A stretch of 56,333 bases of DNA. Origin: Thermoleophilia bacterium (GTDB taxonomy: Bacteria > Actinomycetota > Thermoleophilia > Gaiellales > SKUG01). The stretch lies in assembly GCA_039811765.1 (NCBI GenBank), contig JBDHZF010000003.1, forward strand, positions 1-56,333, written 5' to 3'. Numbering within the stretch: the first letter of the stretch is position 1; each line of letters opens with the position of its first letter. The translations under genes were made by a program, and so were the position numbers. Shown piece by piece: positions 9,230 to 18,309 of this stretch. The notes beneath the pieces are model-generated. The model was given only the letters and a program-made list of their open reading frames with translations. It was not told the DNA's origin and ran no database searches.

Positions 9230-9940
9230 TCAGCGCCTGACCTCTCGTGCGTGTCGTTCCTGGTCCACGATCGCGAGCGCGGCGCCGCTGCCCACGCGAA
9301 CCGCGCCCGCCACGAGCATCGCCTCCGCGTCGCCCAGCGTCGCGATGCCGCCCACCGCGATGATCGCGATGTCGTGCGGCAGTTGTTCGCGCAGTTCGCG
9401 AATATGCCGTTCGGTGATCGCTCGCGCCTGATGCCCGGAACCGGTCTGCAGGAACCCTGCCGGCGAATCGTACAATCGTTCGAGCACGGGCTGCAGACGT
9501 GGAAGGTCGAGCATCGTGGTCTCGAGCACGACGCTGAGCTCGCCACGCCCGCGCGCGCTGTTGAGCGACGACCACCACGCATGGCCGAGCAGCACGTCGA
9601 CTTCTTCGGCAAGCGCGGCCGGGCCCGCGACCTCGTCCTCGATCAGCGAGTGGTCGAGCATCACCGCGAGTTCGTGCGCGCCGTCGCGAATCGCGCGATC
9701 GCACGCGGCGACGCGCACGTCCACGCGGTCTTGGCCATATGGAAAGCCGATCGCGGCGCGAATGCGCGTGTCGCTTCCGGCGAGCGATTCGGCGGCGAGC
9801 GGCACGTGCACGGGCCACACGCAGACGGCGGCGAGGTGCGCCTCGCCCGCGCGCTCGCACGCGGCGACCACTTCCTCGCGCGTGATCAGCGGCTGCAACA
9901 AGTGCAGCTCGAGGCTCTTCGCGATCGAGATGCCGCTCAC
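9230..9940 (-). CDS. degenerate deoxyribose-phosphate aldolase (DeoC)-like TIM barrel
   Basis: AAVCVWP, IGFPYG, VLET, GGIAT and AGAVRVG match DeoC; Schiff-base Lys is absent; GTG overlaps the upstream stop. Confidence 0.8.
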   Translation of the reverse strand: MSGISIAKSLELHLLQPLITREEVVAACERAGEAHLAAVCVWPVHVPLAAESLAGSDTRIRAAIGFPYGQDRVDVRVAACDRAIRDGAHELAVMLDHSLIEDEVAGPAALAEEVDVLLGHAWWSSLNSARGRGELSVVLETTMLDLPRLQPVLERLYDSPAGFLQTGSGHQARAITERHIRELREQLPHDIAIIAVGGIATLGDAEAMLVAGAVRVGSGAALAIVDQERHAREVRR

Positions 9941-10248
9941 GAGAGCAACCACCCCAGCAGCGCGACCACCGCCAGCAGCGCCAAGGCGATGACGATCAAC
10001 GGAATCAGCAGCAGGCGCGCGCCGCCGGGCGCGACGCTGCCGCGCGGAACCTCGCCGTACGTCGCGCGCTCCGTGCGCGAGCCTTCGCGAAGCTGCGCCG
10101 ACACTTTGCCCTTCGGTCCCACGTCACCGGAGAGCCAGCCGGGCACGCGCGCGCGGCGCGCGTCCGTCTCTCCGTACGTTGCGTCCTCAGCGTCGGCTGC
10201 CATGCGCTCGAGATCTTCCGCTCGCTGCTTGTCGGGTCGGTCGTGCAT
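9937..10248 (-). CDS. small C-terminally anchored membrane protein
   Basis: C-terminal hydrophobic helix; TAGCAT 7 nt before ATG (leaderless); GTGA coupling to the next gene. Confidence 0.7.
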   Translation of the reverse strand: MHDRPDKQRAEDLERMAADAEDATYGETDARRARVPGWLSGDVGPKGKVSAQLREGSRTERATYGEVPRGSVAPGGARLLLIPLIVIALALLAVVALLGWLLS

Positions 10249-10258
10249 CGAACCGATG

Positions 10259-11206
10259 CTACAGCCCCGCGCGAGCGAGCCACGAGGCGTCGTCGCGCCA
10301 ATGCTTGCGAACCTTCACGCGAAGATCGAGGTGGATTCGCTGGTCGAGCTGTTCCTCGATCATCGCGCGGGCGGCGATGCCGATCGCGCGCACCTGCTCG
10401 CCGCCCTTGCCGACCACGATCCCCACCTGGCTTTGCCGCTCCACCCAGATCGTGCAGGAGACGCGCAGTCGATCGGGATCTTCTGGATCGACGAGCATGT
10501 CGTCCACCGTCACCGCGCTCGCGTGCGGCAGCTCGTCGCGAAGATGTCGCAGCGTGGCTTCGCGCACGTACTCGGCGATGCGTTCTTCGTCGCGCATGTC
10601 CACCACGTCGTCGTCGCCGAACCATGCAGGGCCCTCGGGCACGAGCGCGACGAGCTCGTCGAGCAGCGCGTCCACCCCATCGCCCGACTTCGCGCTGATC
10701 GGCACGAGCGCCGCGAATTCGCGTCCGTCGAGCAGCTCCTGGAGTTCGACGATGCGTCGGGCGACGAGGCCCTTGTCGCGGGTTCGATCCACTTTGTTGG
10801 GCGCGATCACCACGGGCTTGCCGCTGTCGAGCACGAGCTGCGCGACGCGGCGTTCGCCGGCGCCGGGTTCGTCCATCACGTCGATCACCCAGAGCACGAC
10901 GTCCACGTCGTTGAAGGATTGTTCCACGGATTGCTGCATGCGCTCGGTCATGCGGTCCATCGGCTTCTGGCTGCCGGGCAGGTCGACGAACACGAGCTGC
11001 GCGTCGTCTCGACGCACGGCGGCGCGAACGATGCGACGAGTGGTCTGCGCGATGGGCGAGACGATCGCCACGTGATGGCCGACGATCCGGTTCACGAGCG
11101 TGGACTTGCCGGCGTTGGGGCGACCGGCAACCGCGACGAATCCGCTGCGGCGCACGTCGCTGCTCGGATCCTTCGGACCGAAGAACGCGTCGACGGGGTT
11201 GGTCAC
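10259..11206 (-). CDS. era: GTPase Era
   Basis: GRPNAGKST, QTTR, DLPG, NKVD, ISAK and KH-domain IVVGKGG motifs. Confidence 0.95.
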   Translation of the reverse strand: MTNPVDAFFGPKDPSSDVRRSGFVAVAGRPNAGKSTLVNRIVGHHVAIVSPIAQTTRRIVRAAVRRDDAQLVFVDLPGSQKPMDRMTERMQQSVEQSFNDVDVVLWVIDVMDEPGAGERRVAQLVLDSGKPVVIAPNKVDRTRDKGLVARRIVELQELLDGREFAALVPISAKSGDGVDALLDELVALVPEGPAWFGDDDVVDMRDEERIAEYVREATLRHLRDELPHASAVTVDDMLVDPEDPDRLRVSCTIWVERQSQVGIVVGKGGEQVRAIGIAARAMIEEQLDQRIHLDLRVKVRKHWRDDASWLARAGL

Positions 11207-11649
11207 TCGACCCCCAGCGCGGCGGGAACGAATCCCGCGGGCAGCAGGCTGCGCACGGCCATCTCCACGAGCTCGCCGTCGTGCATGAACGCGATGCGCG
11301 CATCGGGCACGAGTTCGAGCAGGAACTGGCGGCACATTCCGCACGGTTCGCCAGACGAGCCGTCCACGTGCACTGCCACGAGATCCACGTCGGCGAGGTC
11401 GCGCCCCTCGGCAACGGCCCGCACGAGCGCGGTTCGTTCGGCGCACACCGTCAGGCCGTAGGACGCGTTCTCCACGTTGCATCCGGTGACGACGTCGCCG
11501 TCGCGTTCACCCGCGCCACGAAAGCGCAGCGCGGCGCCCACGCGAAATCGCGAGTACGGAACGCGCGCGCGCAGCGAGGCTTCTCGTGCGACCTCGCGCA
11601 GCTCGACGAGTGGCGGCGACGCTGACGTGATCGTGGCGACTTGATCCAT
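11203..11649 (-). CDS. cdd: cytidine deaminase
   Basis: PYSRFRVGAA, GCNVENASYGLTVCAE and PCGMCRQ; TAGAAT 7 nt before ATG. Confidence 0.93.
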   Translation of the reverse strand: MDQVATITSASPPLVELREVAREASLRARVPYSRFRVGAALRFRGAGERDGDVVTGCNVENASYGLTVCAERTALVRAVAEGRDLADVDLVAVHVDGSSGEPCGMCRQFLLELVPDARIAFMHDGELVEMAVRSLLPAGFVPAALGVE

Positions 11650-11693
11650 GCGGCCCATTCTAAGGCTCGTGCAGGTCGTGCGCGCCCGTCGCT

Positions 11694-12296
11694 TCACCCG
11701 ATCGGCACGAGCACGGGCGCGTCAGGGGCTGGCGCGGAAGCGGACGTTGGCGCGGGCGCGGGCGTTGGTGCTGGCGCGGGAGTTGGCGCTGGCGCGGCAT
11801 GGTATGTCGACGCCGGCGGCGTACTCGTGACGGGAGACGGCGTAGGCCGCGAGACGCGCGCCGGCGTCGATGTCGACTTGCGATGGCGCGTCGTGCCGTT
11901 TGGACGATCGATGCGCTGCGGCAGCGATTCGGCCGAAGCATCGTCGGAATCGGACCCGTTTGCGCCGACTTCTCCTTGCGTCGCGGCTGGGCGCGGATCA
12001 CCCGCAGCAATGTCCTGTTCCTGAATCGGAGTCGATGCCGCGGTTCGGGGCATGTCATCGTCGCGTCCAGGCACGGGCACCAACAACACGATGCTCACAA
12101 GCGCGACCGCGACGATCGAGCCACGGCGCACGAGCTTGCGACGTCGCGCATCGCGCTCGAGCTGCTCCGGCGTGGGTGGCGGATCGAGCAGGAAATCGCG
12201 CACGTCCACCGGCTGGTGCGCGACGGTCGGCGCGCCCATCAGCGCGCCGAATTGATCGTGCAAGCGGGCAGTTGCGTCGTCCGAGGTGGTGTCCAT
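11694..12296 (-). CDS. Pro/Thr-rich single-TM hypothetical protein
   Basis: One TM helix followed by a low-complexity PAPT tail; upstream region resembles that of comEA. Confidence 0.7.
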   Translation of the reverse strand: MDTTSDDATARLHDQFGALMGAPTVAHQPVDVRDFLLDPPPTPEQLERDARRRKLVRRGSIVAVALVSIVLLVPVPGRDDDMPRTAASTPIQEQDIAAGDPRPAATQGEVGANGSDSDDASAESLPQRIDRPNGTTRHRKSTSTPARVSRPTPSPVTSTPPASTYHAAPAPTPAPAPTPAPAPTSASAPAPDAPVLVPIG

Positions 12297-12380
12297 GCCT
12301 GCATCGTCGAGCAGAAAGTGTCACGAAAGACGCGCACTTTGTCACAACTCTGCAACGAAATTCATGAGATCCCGTGACAC
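12297..12380 (-). promoter_or_regulatory. promoter element shared with comEA (copy A)
   Basis: 59/84 ungapped identity with 39183-39266; GTCAC repeats; GACGAT -10-like box 6 nt before ATG. Confidence 0.75.
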
Positions 12381-12386
12381 GTTCGC

Positions 12387-13478
12387 TCAGGCGGCGCTGT
12401 GAGCCGCCGCAGGAAGCAGCAGCACGATCGACATCGCCTGCGCCGCGGGCGAGCGCGATTCCAGCTGCAGATAGGTGTCACCAGCCGGCAGATCCACGAC
12501 CACCGCCGCACCGCTCTGCGGCGGATCGCCCGGACGCCACCACACGCCGTCCGTGCCCGACAGCGACAGCCCTGGCGCGCCCACCCCGCTCCACGTGACG
12601 CGAATCGCGGCGCGCGTGGGCGTGGCCAATCGCAGCCACGTGCCCCACGTCGTGCCCGCATCGATCGCGATGTCCCATGCAGGGCCGTCGACCCATGCGT
12701 CCTCGATGCCGGGCGCCTCGCGAGGCGCCTGCACGAGATCGGCTCCGCCCGGCATCGCCAGCGCGGCGTCCAACACCTGCTCGACGCCGCCAACCTCGCG
12801 CCACAGGGCCAATCCGCCACACCCAATGATCGGGATCGCCACGGACGTCGCCAATCCGAACGCAACGAACCCTGCGTGCGGCACCTGCACCACGAACACC
12901 AACGCCACCAGCGACGCCGGCAAAGCGAATGCCGTCGTTGCCGCAAGCAGCAGCCAGACCACGCCGAACGCTGCGGGCTTGCTCGCACGCGCCGTTTCGA
13001 GCGCCACGCGCGGCGTCCAGCCCACGTCCCCCGACGCGACCGCCGCAGTCACGAACACGGCCAACGCGGGCGCGAACGCGGTCACGATCATTCCCACGAG
13101 CGGCACGAGCAGGAACCCGAGCAGGTCCACCGCGCCGCCGAGTTGCATGGCGCCCCACAAGGCGAACGCGAATGGTCCAATCGCAAGGGTCAGCTGCGCG
13201 ACGAGTCGCGGCAAGAGCGCGAGCACATCGCCCGGAAGGTCGGACGGTTCGGTGTCGTAGCCGCGTTCGCCACGCACCGCCAGGCGCATCGACAGCGCCG
13301 CGAGCAGCAACGCGACGCACCCCTCCACCGCGACGCGAACGATCGTCGAGCTGCCGAGCCGATCGCCGCCGAGCGCCGGCAGCGACAACGCCACCACGCC
13401 GATCGCGAGCAGCATCAACTGACCGCGCGCCGACACGCGCAGCAGGCGAAGCGTTCGCTTCCAAACCGCGTTCGTCAT
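12387..13478 (-). CDS. multi-pass membrane protein with soluble C-terminal beta domain
   Basis: About 6 hydrophobic helices, then a Trp-rich beta-type domain; start chosen at MTNAVW. Confidence 0.7.
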   Translation of the reverse strand: MTNAVWKRTLRLLRVSARGQLMLLAIGVVALSLPALGGDRLGSSTIVRVAVEGCVALLLAALSMRLAVRGERGYDTEPSDLPGDVLALLPRLVAQLTLAIGPFAFALWGAMQLGGAVDLLGFLLVPLVGMIVTAFAPALAVFVTAAVASGDVGWTPRVALETARASKPAAFGVVWLLLAATTAFALPASLVALVFVVQVPHAGFVAFGLATSVAIPIIGCGGLALWREVGGVEQVLDAALAMPGGADLVQAPREAPGIEDAWVDGPAWDIAIDAGTTWGTWLRLATPTRAAIRVTWSGVGAPGLSLSGTDGVWWRPGDPPQSGAAVVVDLPAGDTYLQLESRSPAAQAMSIVLLLPAAAHSAA

Positions 13479-13487
13479 CCACCGCGC

Positions 13488-13515
13488 ACATCGGCGCCGC
13501 GCGCGTGCGCCCTTA
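13488..13515 (-). promoter_or_regulatory. sigma-28 (FliA/WhiG)-like promoter
   Basis: TAAG-N16-GCCGATGT, 9 nt upstream of ATG 13478. Confidence 0.5.
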
Positions 13516-13615
13516 ATTGCCGGCGTGTCCAACCGGTGGTTGCACCAAGGATCGGGTTGAGCGCTTGCGCTGGAATCGGCAGGTTCGAATCGTTCGTCGC
13601 CGTGCCCGCATCGAA

Positions 13616-13709
13616 TTGCCGGACTTGTTCCGGATTCCGGCAACAACCCGGCAAATCGGCCAACTACTCCGGTACGTTCGTAACGGAAACCGATACGAAC
13701 GTACCGAGT
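13616..13709. repeat. two adjacent long inverted repeats
   Basis: TTGCCGG..TTGTT.CCGG/CCGG.AACAA..CCGGCAA and the perfect 12-bp pair GGTACGTTCGTA/TACGAACGTACC. Confidence 0.75.
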
Positions 13710-13845
13710 CGCCCGCGTCCGGAATCGCGCCGCATCGGGGCCGAGTTCCTGAGCGCGTGCGCGGGGCGTTGGCAAGGAGCGCGAGCGAGGGCGTGCACAC
13801 GCACGTCGAGCGAGCGGCGACGCAGTCAACGCCCCGCACACGCGC

Positions 13846-14622
13846 TCAGTACATGAGTTCGAACACTTGGAACACGAGCAGGGTGATGCCTGCGCCCACG
13901 AGCGCGCCGGCGAGCACTTCACCGGTTGTGTGCACGCCGGCTTCCACGCGCGTGTGCACCACGAGCAGCGCGAGCATGAAGGTGAGCGCGGAGACGAGCG
14001 TGCCGTAGGTGGTGCCCGCCGTGACGAACGTGATCGCCATCCACGCCGCGAACGCGATCGCCGCGTGCCCGCTCGGCCAGCCGCCGCGCAGCGCGGTGCC
14101 GTCCCTGCCCGAGATCGTCTTGAGCGCGATCGTGCCCAGCAGCGTCAACACCAGTGCGATGAACGTGATGTGCACGGGCGTGTCGCGCACGGCCATGAGA
14201 AATTGGCGGGACGGATCGCCGATCGCGGGCGCGAACACGAGATACCCCACCGCCACCGCGTTGAAGGTGGCGACGAGCACTGCCCCGGCGGCGACGTCCT
14301 TCGCCACTTTCGCGAGCGGATTGAAGCTGGTGGTGGCCACGTCGATCGCCGCTTCGACCGCGGTGTTGAGCATCTCCGCCACGATCACGAACGCCGCAGC
14401 GAAGATCACCAGCGCGAACTCCAGCCGCGACACGCCGAGCACCAGGCACGCGCCCATCGCCACCGCCGCGGCCGTGAAGTGGATGCGCATGTTGCGCTGC
14501 GTGGCGAGCGTGTGGATCACGCCCTCGAACGCGAAGTTGAAGCTCTGCACGAGCGGCCGCGCTTCGTGCAGCCCCACATAGCGCCGTGATCGGCGCGCGC
14601 GTTGTCGAATCCAACCGAACAT
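13846..14622 (-). CDS. dgkA: diacylglycerol/undecaprenol kinase fused to PAP2 domain
   Basis: QRNMRIH, EMLNTAVE..D and AKDVAAGAVL, then WPSGH and RVEAGVH. Confidence 0.88.
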   Translation of the reverse strand: MFGWIRQRARRSRRYVGLHEARPLVQSFNFAFEGVIHTLATQRNMRIHFTAAAVAMGACLVLGVSRLEFALVIFAAAFVIVAEMLNTAVEAAIDVATTSFNPLAKVAKDVAAGAVLVATFNAVAVGYLVFAPAIGDPSRQFLMAVRDTPVHITFIALVLTLLGTIALKTISGRDGTALRGGWPSGHAAIAFAAWMAITFVTAGTTYGTLVSALTFMLALLVVHTRVEAGVHTTGEVLAGALVGAGITLLVFQVFELMY

Positions 14623-14634
14623 CCGGATGGGATC

Positions 14635-15123
14635 CTACGCGCCCCGCACCCTGTCGAGCACGAGCTGTTCGAGCCCGAGCATCTCCGCGGCGTCGGTGTC
14701 GCTTCGCTCGTGGTCGAAGCCGCACAGGTGCAGCACGCCATGCACGACGCAGCGTTCGATCGCCGCGTCCAGCGACTCGTCGTCCTGCATCGTCAAGCCT
14801 TGTGCGAGCTGGTCGCGCACGTAATCGGGACACACGATCACGTCGCCCACGGATCGCGGCATGCCCGCGGGCAGCTGCTCGAGCAGGCCGTCGATCGGGA
14901 ACGAGAGCACGTCCGTGGGGACGTCCACCGAACGATGCTCGCGGTTGAACTGGGCGATGCGCTCGGGCGCGCAGAACATCACGCCCACCTCGAGCTGCTC
15001 GCCCCCGCCCGCACCAGCTTCGAACAGCGCCGTGGCGACGAGCAGCCGCACGCGCGAGGGGTCGATGACGGCCTCGACTTCTTCGTCGACCTCGCAGAGC
15101 AGCTGGAAATGCGGACGATCCAT
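14635..15123 (-). CDS. ybeY: rRNA maturation endoribonuclease YbeY
   Basis: PTDVLSFP, GDVIVC and HGVLHLCGFDH; TAGGGT 7 nt before ATG. Confidence 0.93.
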   Translation of the reverse strand: MDRPHFQLLCEVDEEVEAVIDPSRVRLLVATALFEAGAGGGEQLEVGVMFCAPERIAQFNREHRSVDVPTDVLSFPIDGLLEQLPAGMPRSVGDVIVCPDYVRDQLAQGLTMQDDESLDAAIERCVVHGVLHLCGFDHERSDTDAAEMLGLEQLVLDRVRGA

Positions 15124-15179
15124 GCCGCGCACCCTACCCCGTGCGTCGATCGAAGCAATCGGGTAGGACTCTCGTTCGA

Positions 15180-15788
15180 ATGACCACTTCGCAGATCATC
15201 GATCTCAGCCTCGCGATGCTGAACGTGATCGTGGGCGTCGCCGTGCTGATCCGATCGCGGCGATGGCTCGGGCACGCCACGGTTCCAACGATCGCGCTCG
15301 GCAGCTACTTCATGTTGCGCGCGGCCGCGCGCCTGCTGGATGTGTTCGAACCGGACGGCGCGAATCGCAACGCGATGTTGGACATCGGCATCGACGTGCT
15401 GCTCGCGTTCACGTTGATCGTCGTGCTGTTCACGATCGAGGGAATGCTTCGCGGCGTTGCCGCCCGCGAGGACGCCGCGCACTACCGCGCCGAGGAGTAC
15501 GCGCGGGCGCGCCGCCACTACACGCAGGTGGTGCGGCACCGCATCTTCAACCCGCTCGCCGTCATTCGTGGCAGCGCGCAGACGCTGCGCGATCGACCGG
15601 AAATCGTCGACCCCACGCGTGGGCAGCTGCTCGAAGCGATCGTGGACGCAAGCGACGAGATCGAGACGATCTCGCTGGAACCTGAGCGACGCGACGACAA
15701 CGAACGAGGCCTCGATGCGTTCCCGCGCGGCGTCGACGGCGAGCGTCGAACGAAGCGGTACCCCGACGGGCCATCGGGGCCCAGCTGA
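15180..15788 (+). CDS. membrane protein with HisKA (DHp)-like domain and no ATPase domain
   Basis: Three TM helices, then H-box VRHRIFNPLAVIRGSAQTL; ends without N/G1/F/G2 boxes. Confidence 0.7.
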   Translation: MTTSQIIDLSLAMLNVIVGVAVLIRSRRWLGHATVPTIALGSYFMLRAAARLLDVFEPDGANRNAMLDIGIDVLLAFTLIVVLFTIEGMLRGVAAREDAAHYRAEEYARARRHYTQVVRHRIFNPLAVIRGSAQTLRDRPEIVDPTRGQLLEAIVDASDEIETISLEPERRDDNERGLDAFPRGVDGERRTKRYPDGPSGPS

Positions 15789-16814
15789 TCAGTCCTCGCG
15801 GTCGCGCTCGGTGGCGGAGTGATAGGCCGCCACGATGCGCTGCACGAGCCGGTGGCGCTGCACGTCGGCTTGGTCGAACTGCACGAACGAGATGTCGTCG
15901 ATGCCACGCAAGACCGGCTCCACGTGCACGAGTCCGCTGCGCGTGCCGCGCGGCAAGTCGATCTGCGTCGGGTCGCCCGTGATCACCATCTTCGAGCCGA
16001 AGCCGAGGCGCGTGAGGAACATCTGCATCTGCTCGGGCGACGTGTTCTGCGCCTCGTCGAGCACCACGAACGCGTCGTTGAGCGTGCGTCCACGCATGAA
16101 CGCGAGCGGCGCCACCTCGATCACGCCCTGCTCCATGCAGGTGGTGAGGCGGTCCGGATCCATCATGTCGTACAGCGCGTCGTAGAGCGGTCGCAGGTAC
16201 GGATCGACCTTGTCGAGCATCGTGCCGGGCAGAAAGCCGAGCTTCTCGCCGGCCTCGACCGCGGGACGACACAGCACGATGCGCGCCACGCGACGCTCGA
16301 TGAGCGCGTCCACGGCGAGCGCCATCGCGAGGTACGTCTTGCCCGTGCCCGCCGGCCCGATGCCGAACGTGATCGAGTTCTCGCGGATCGCGTCCACGTA
16401 CCGCTTCTGCCCCGTCGAGCGCGGGCCAATGGGCTTGCCACGATGCGAGAGCACGACGTCGCCGAACACTTCCTTCGCGCTCGGCCGTACGCCTGTGGTG
16501 CACTGCTTGGTGCCTTTCGGCGCGGCCTTGGATTGCGCGGATTGCTGCGCGGGCGGAGCGTCCTGATCGGAGTCCACGACGTTCACCACGTCCGGCGTGA
16601 TCGGCGTGCCCGCGTCGTAGATCTCGGCGAGCTGGCTGACGAGCTGCACGCCGCGATCTACCGCGTACGGCTCGCCCGTGAGCGTGAGCTCGTTGCCCCG
16701 CATCGCGATCGTGCACCCGGCGCGCTCGGTGATCGCGTCGAGCACCGCGTCATGGTGCCCCGCGAGCGCCACCGCGACCTCGTCGTCGAGCTGAATCGTC
16801 TCCGTCTTCGTCAC
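15789..16814 (-). CDS. phoH: PhoH-family ATPase
   Basis: [33 protein letters not shown] and DEAQN; AGGAGG RBS. Confidence 0.95.
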   Translation of the reverse strand: MTKTETIQLDDEVAVALAGHHDAVLDAITERAGCTIAMRGNELTLTGEPYAVDRGVQLVSQLAEIYDAGTPITPDVVNVVDSDQDAPPAQQSAQSKAAPKGTKQCTTGVRPSAKEVFGDVVLSHRGKPIGPRSTGQKRYVDAIRENSITFGIGPAGTGKTYLAMALAVDALIERRVARIVLCRPAVEAGEKLGFLPGTMLDKVDPYLRPLYDALYDMMDPDRLTTCMEQGVIEVAPLAFMRGRTLNDAFVVLDEAQNTSPEQMQMFLTRLGFGSKMVITGDPTQIDLPRGTRSGLVHVEPVLRGIDDISFVQFDQADVQRHRLVQRIVAAYHSATERDRED

Positions 16815-16881
16815 GCGAACCTTCCTCCTGCGCCTGCGTGCACCCTACCGACTGCCCCGGCGCATGCCCGAACGGCGCAAG

Positions 16882-17658
16882 TCAGGGGGAGCGCACGTCG
16901 TCGAGGGACGCGGCGATGGCGAGACGACGAATCGCGTCGGCGTGTCGGGTGACGGATCCTGCGGGAACGCGGCCCGCGGGCAGCTCCACCACGAGCGCGA
17001 GCGAGCGACGAAACTCGCGTTCCTGCCACATCGCGGCGGTGCCGCACAGGCCCGTGTCCGGGTACCGCTTCATCGCGAGGCCGCTCGCGCGCTCGTACGC
17101 GCGCGCGAGTGCTTGACGCCAAACGCCGTTCGGGCGAATCACCATGTTCGCGTGCTGGTGGTACCACACGGTCGCGTCGGGACGCACGCGCCGAACCAGC
17201 GCGAGCAGCGCGCGCGTCTCCGGTTCGGACGCCGCGCGCCGGCCCGGATAGTAGGTGTCGAACGGCCGCCCGCCGCCGCGCCACGCGCCCGGGAAGTTGC
17301 GGTTGAGATCCACCCCGCGGGCGTTCTGGCGCGTGCCGCGTCGCGCGCCGTCCATGTTCAGCTCGCGGATCGTCCAATACCGAACGCGTCTCGGGGGCAG
17401 CGCCCGATCGAGCATTCGCACGATCGGCACGCCAGCGGTCTCGTTGCCGTGGATCACGCCCACCACGAGCACGTCGATGTCAGCGTCGGCTCGCCCGCGA
17501 ACCGTCACCGTGATCGGGCGCCCGTCCACCGTCGTGCCGATTCGTTCGACCCGCCGCTCGAAACCCGCTCCGGTTGCCGCCGCCGCGGTGCCCACGCTCG
17601 CCGCGATCACCGCACATCCGACGATGACGATCGCCACGACGACGCGCGTGCGCATCAA
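16882..17658 (-). CDS. secreted M14 zinc carboxypeptidase / murein peptide amidase A-like
   Basis: Signal peptide, IHGNE, RQNARGVDLNRNFP, SEPET, YH and VVEL. Confidence 0.85.
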   Translation of the reverse strand: MMRTRVVVAIVIVGCAVIAASVGTAAAATGAGFERRVERIGTTVDGRPITVTVRGRADADIDVLVVGVIHGNETAGVPIVRMLDRALPPRRVRYWTIRELNMDGARRGTRQNARGVDLNRNFPGAWRGGGRPFDTYYPGRRAASEPETRALLALVRRVRPDATVWYHQHANMVIRPNGVWRQALARAYERASGLAMKRYPDTGLCGTAAMWQEREFRRSLALVVELPAGRVPAGSVTRHADAIRRLAIAASLDDVRSP

Positions 17659-18104
17659 CCGCGCAGCGCCGACGACACCGCCGCGCTCACGGCCTTGCCG
17701 TCCGCTCGCCCGGCCACCTTCGGCATCACGGCCTTCATCACCGCACCCATCTGCGACGGATCGCTCGCACCGGTTTCGGCGATCGCGTCGCGCACGATCG
17801 CGGCGAGCTCGTCGTCGGACAGCTGCTCTGGCAGGTAGCTGTCGAGCATCGTCGCCTGCGCGCGCTCGGCTTGCGCACGATCCGGATGCCCGCCCGCCTC
17901 GAACGCCTCGGCCGCCTCCACGCGCTTCTTCTTCTCGCGCTGCAGCACGGTCACGACCTCGTCGTCGCTCAGATCGCGCAGCTTCGCCTTTGCTTCGGTC
18001 TGCACGGAGTTCACGAACATGCGCAGCGACTGCACGCGATCGCTGTCGCGCGCCTTCATCGCGTCCTTCACGTCGGCCTGGAGTCGATCGAGCAGATTCG
18101 TCAT
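17655..18104 (-). CDS. yqeY: GatB/YqeY domain protein
   Basis: KDAMKARD, KKRVEAAEAF, YLPEQLS, MGAVMK and ADGK; TAGCAT 7 nt before ATG. Confidence 0.92.
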   Translation of the reverse strand: MTNLLDRLQADVKDAMKARDSDRVQSLRMFVNSVQTEAKAKLRDLSDDEVVTVLQREKKKRVEAAEAFEAGGHPDRAQAERAQATMLDSYLPEQLSDDELAAIVRDAIAETGASDPSQMGAVMKAVMPKVAGRADGKAVSAAVSSALRG

Positions 18105-18148
18105 GCGCCGAATGCTACACCGAGGCGCTGCCCACGCCACCCACCATC

Positions 18149-18261
18149 GGAACTGGTGGGATGCAGTGGGAATGCGTCCCACTCGGTCCCACCACTCCCC
18201 CGTACGAAACGGAACTGGTGGGACCGAGTGGGAAATCATCCCACTACATCCCACCAGTTCC
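18149..18261. repeat. REP/BIME-like doublet of ~50-bp palindromic units in inverted orientation
   Basis: 18149-18198 is nearly the reverse complement of 18211-18261, and each unit is itself a hairpin (GGTGGGA..AGTGGGA/TCCCACT..TCCCACC). Confidence 0.85.
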
Positions 18262-18309
18262 CTGTCGGGGAGCGCGAGGGCGGCGCCGCGTGGGGCGACG
18301 AGGACGCGG

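Noticed and set aside
13578-13595. GGTTCGAATC T-loop-like motif
   Set aside because: No pairing T-stem or cloverleaf, so not a tRNA.
13846-14622. Kinase-PAP2 fusion as a novelty
   Set aside because: DgkA-PAP2 fusions are already known at this locus in other bacteria.
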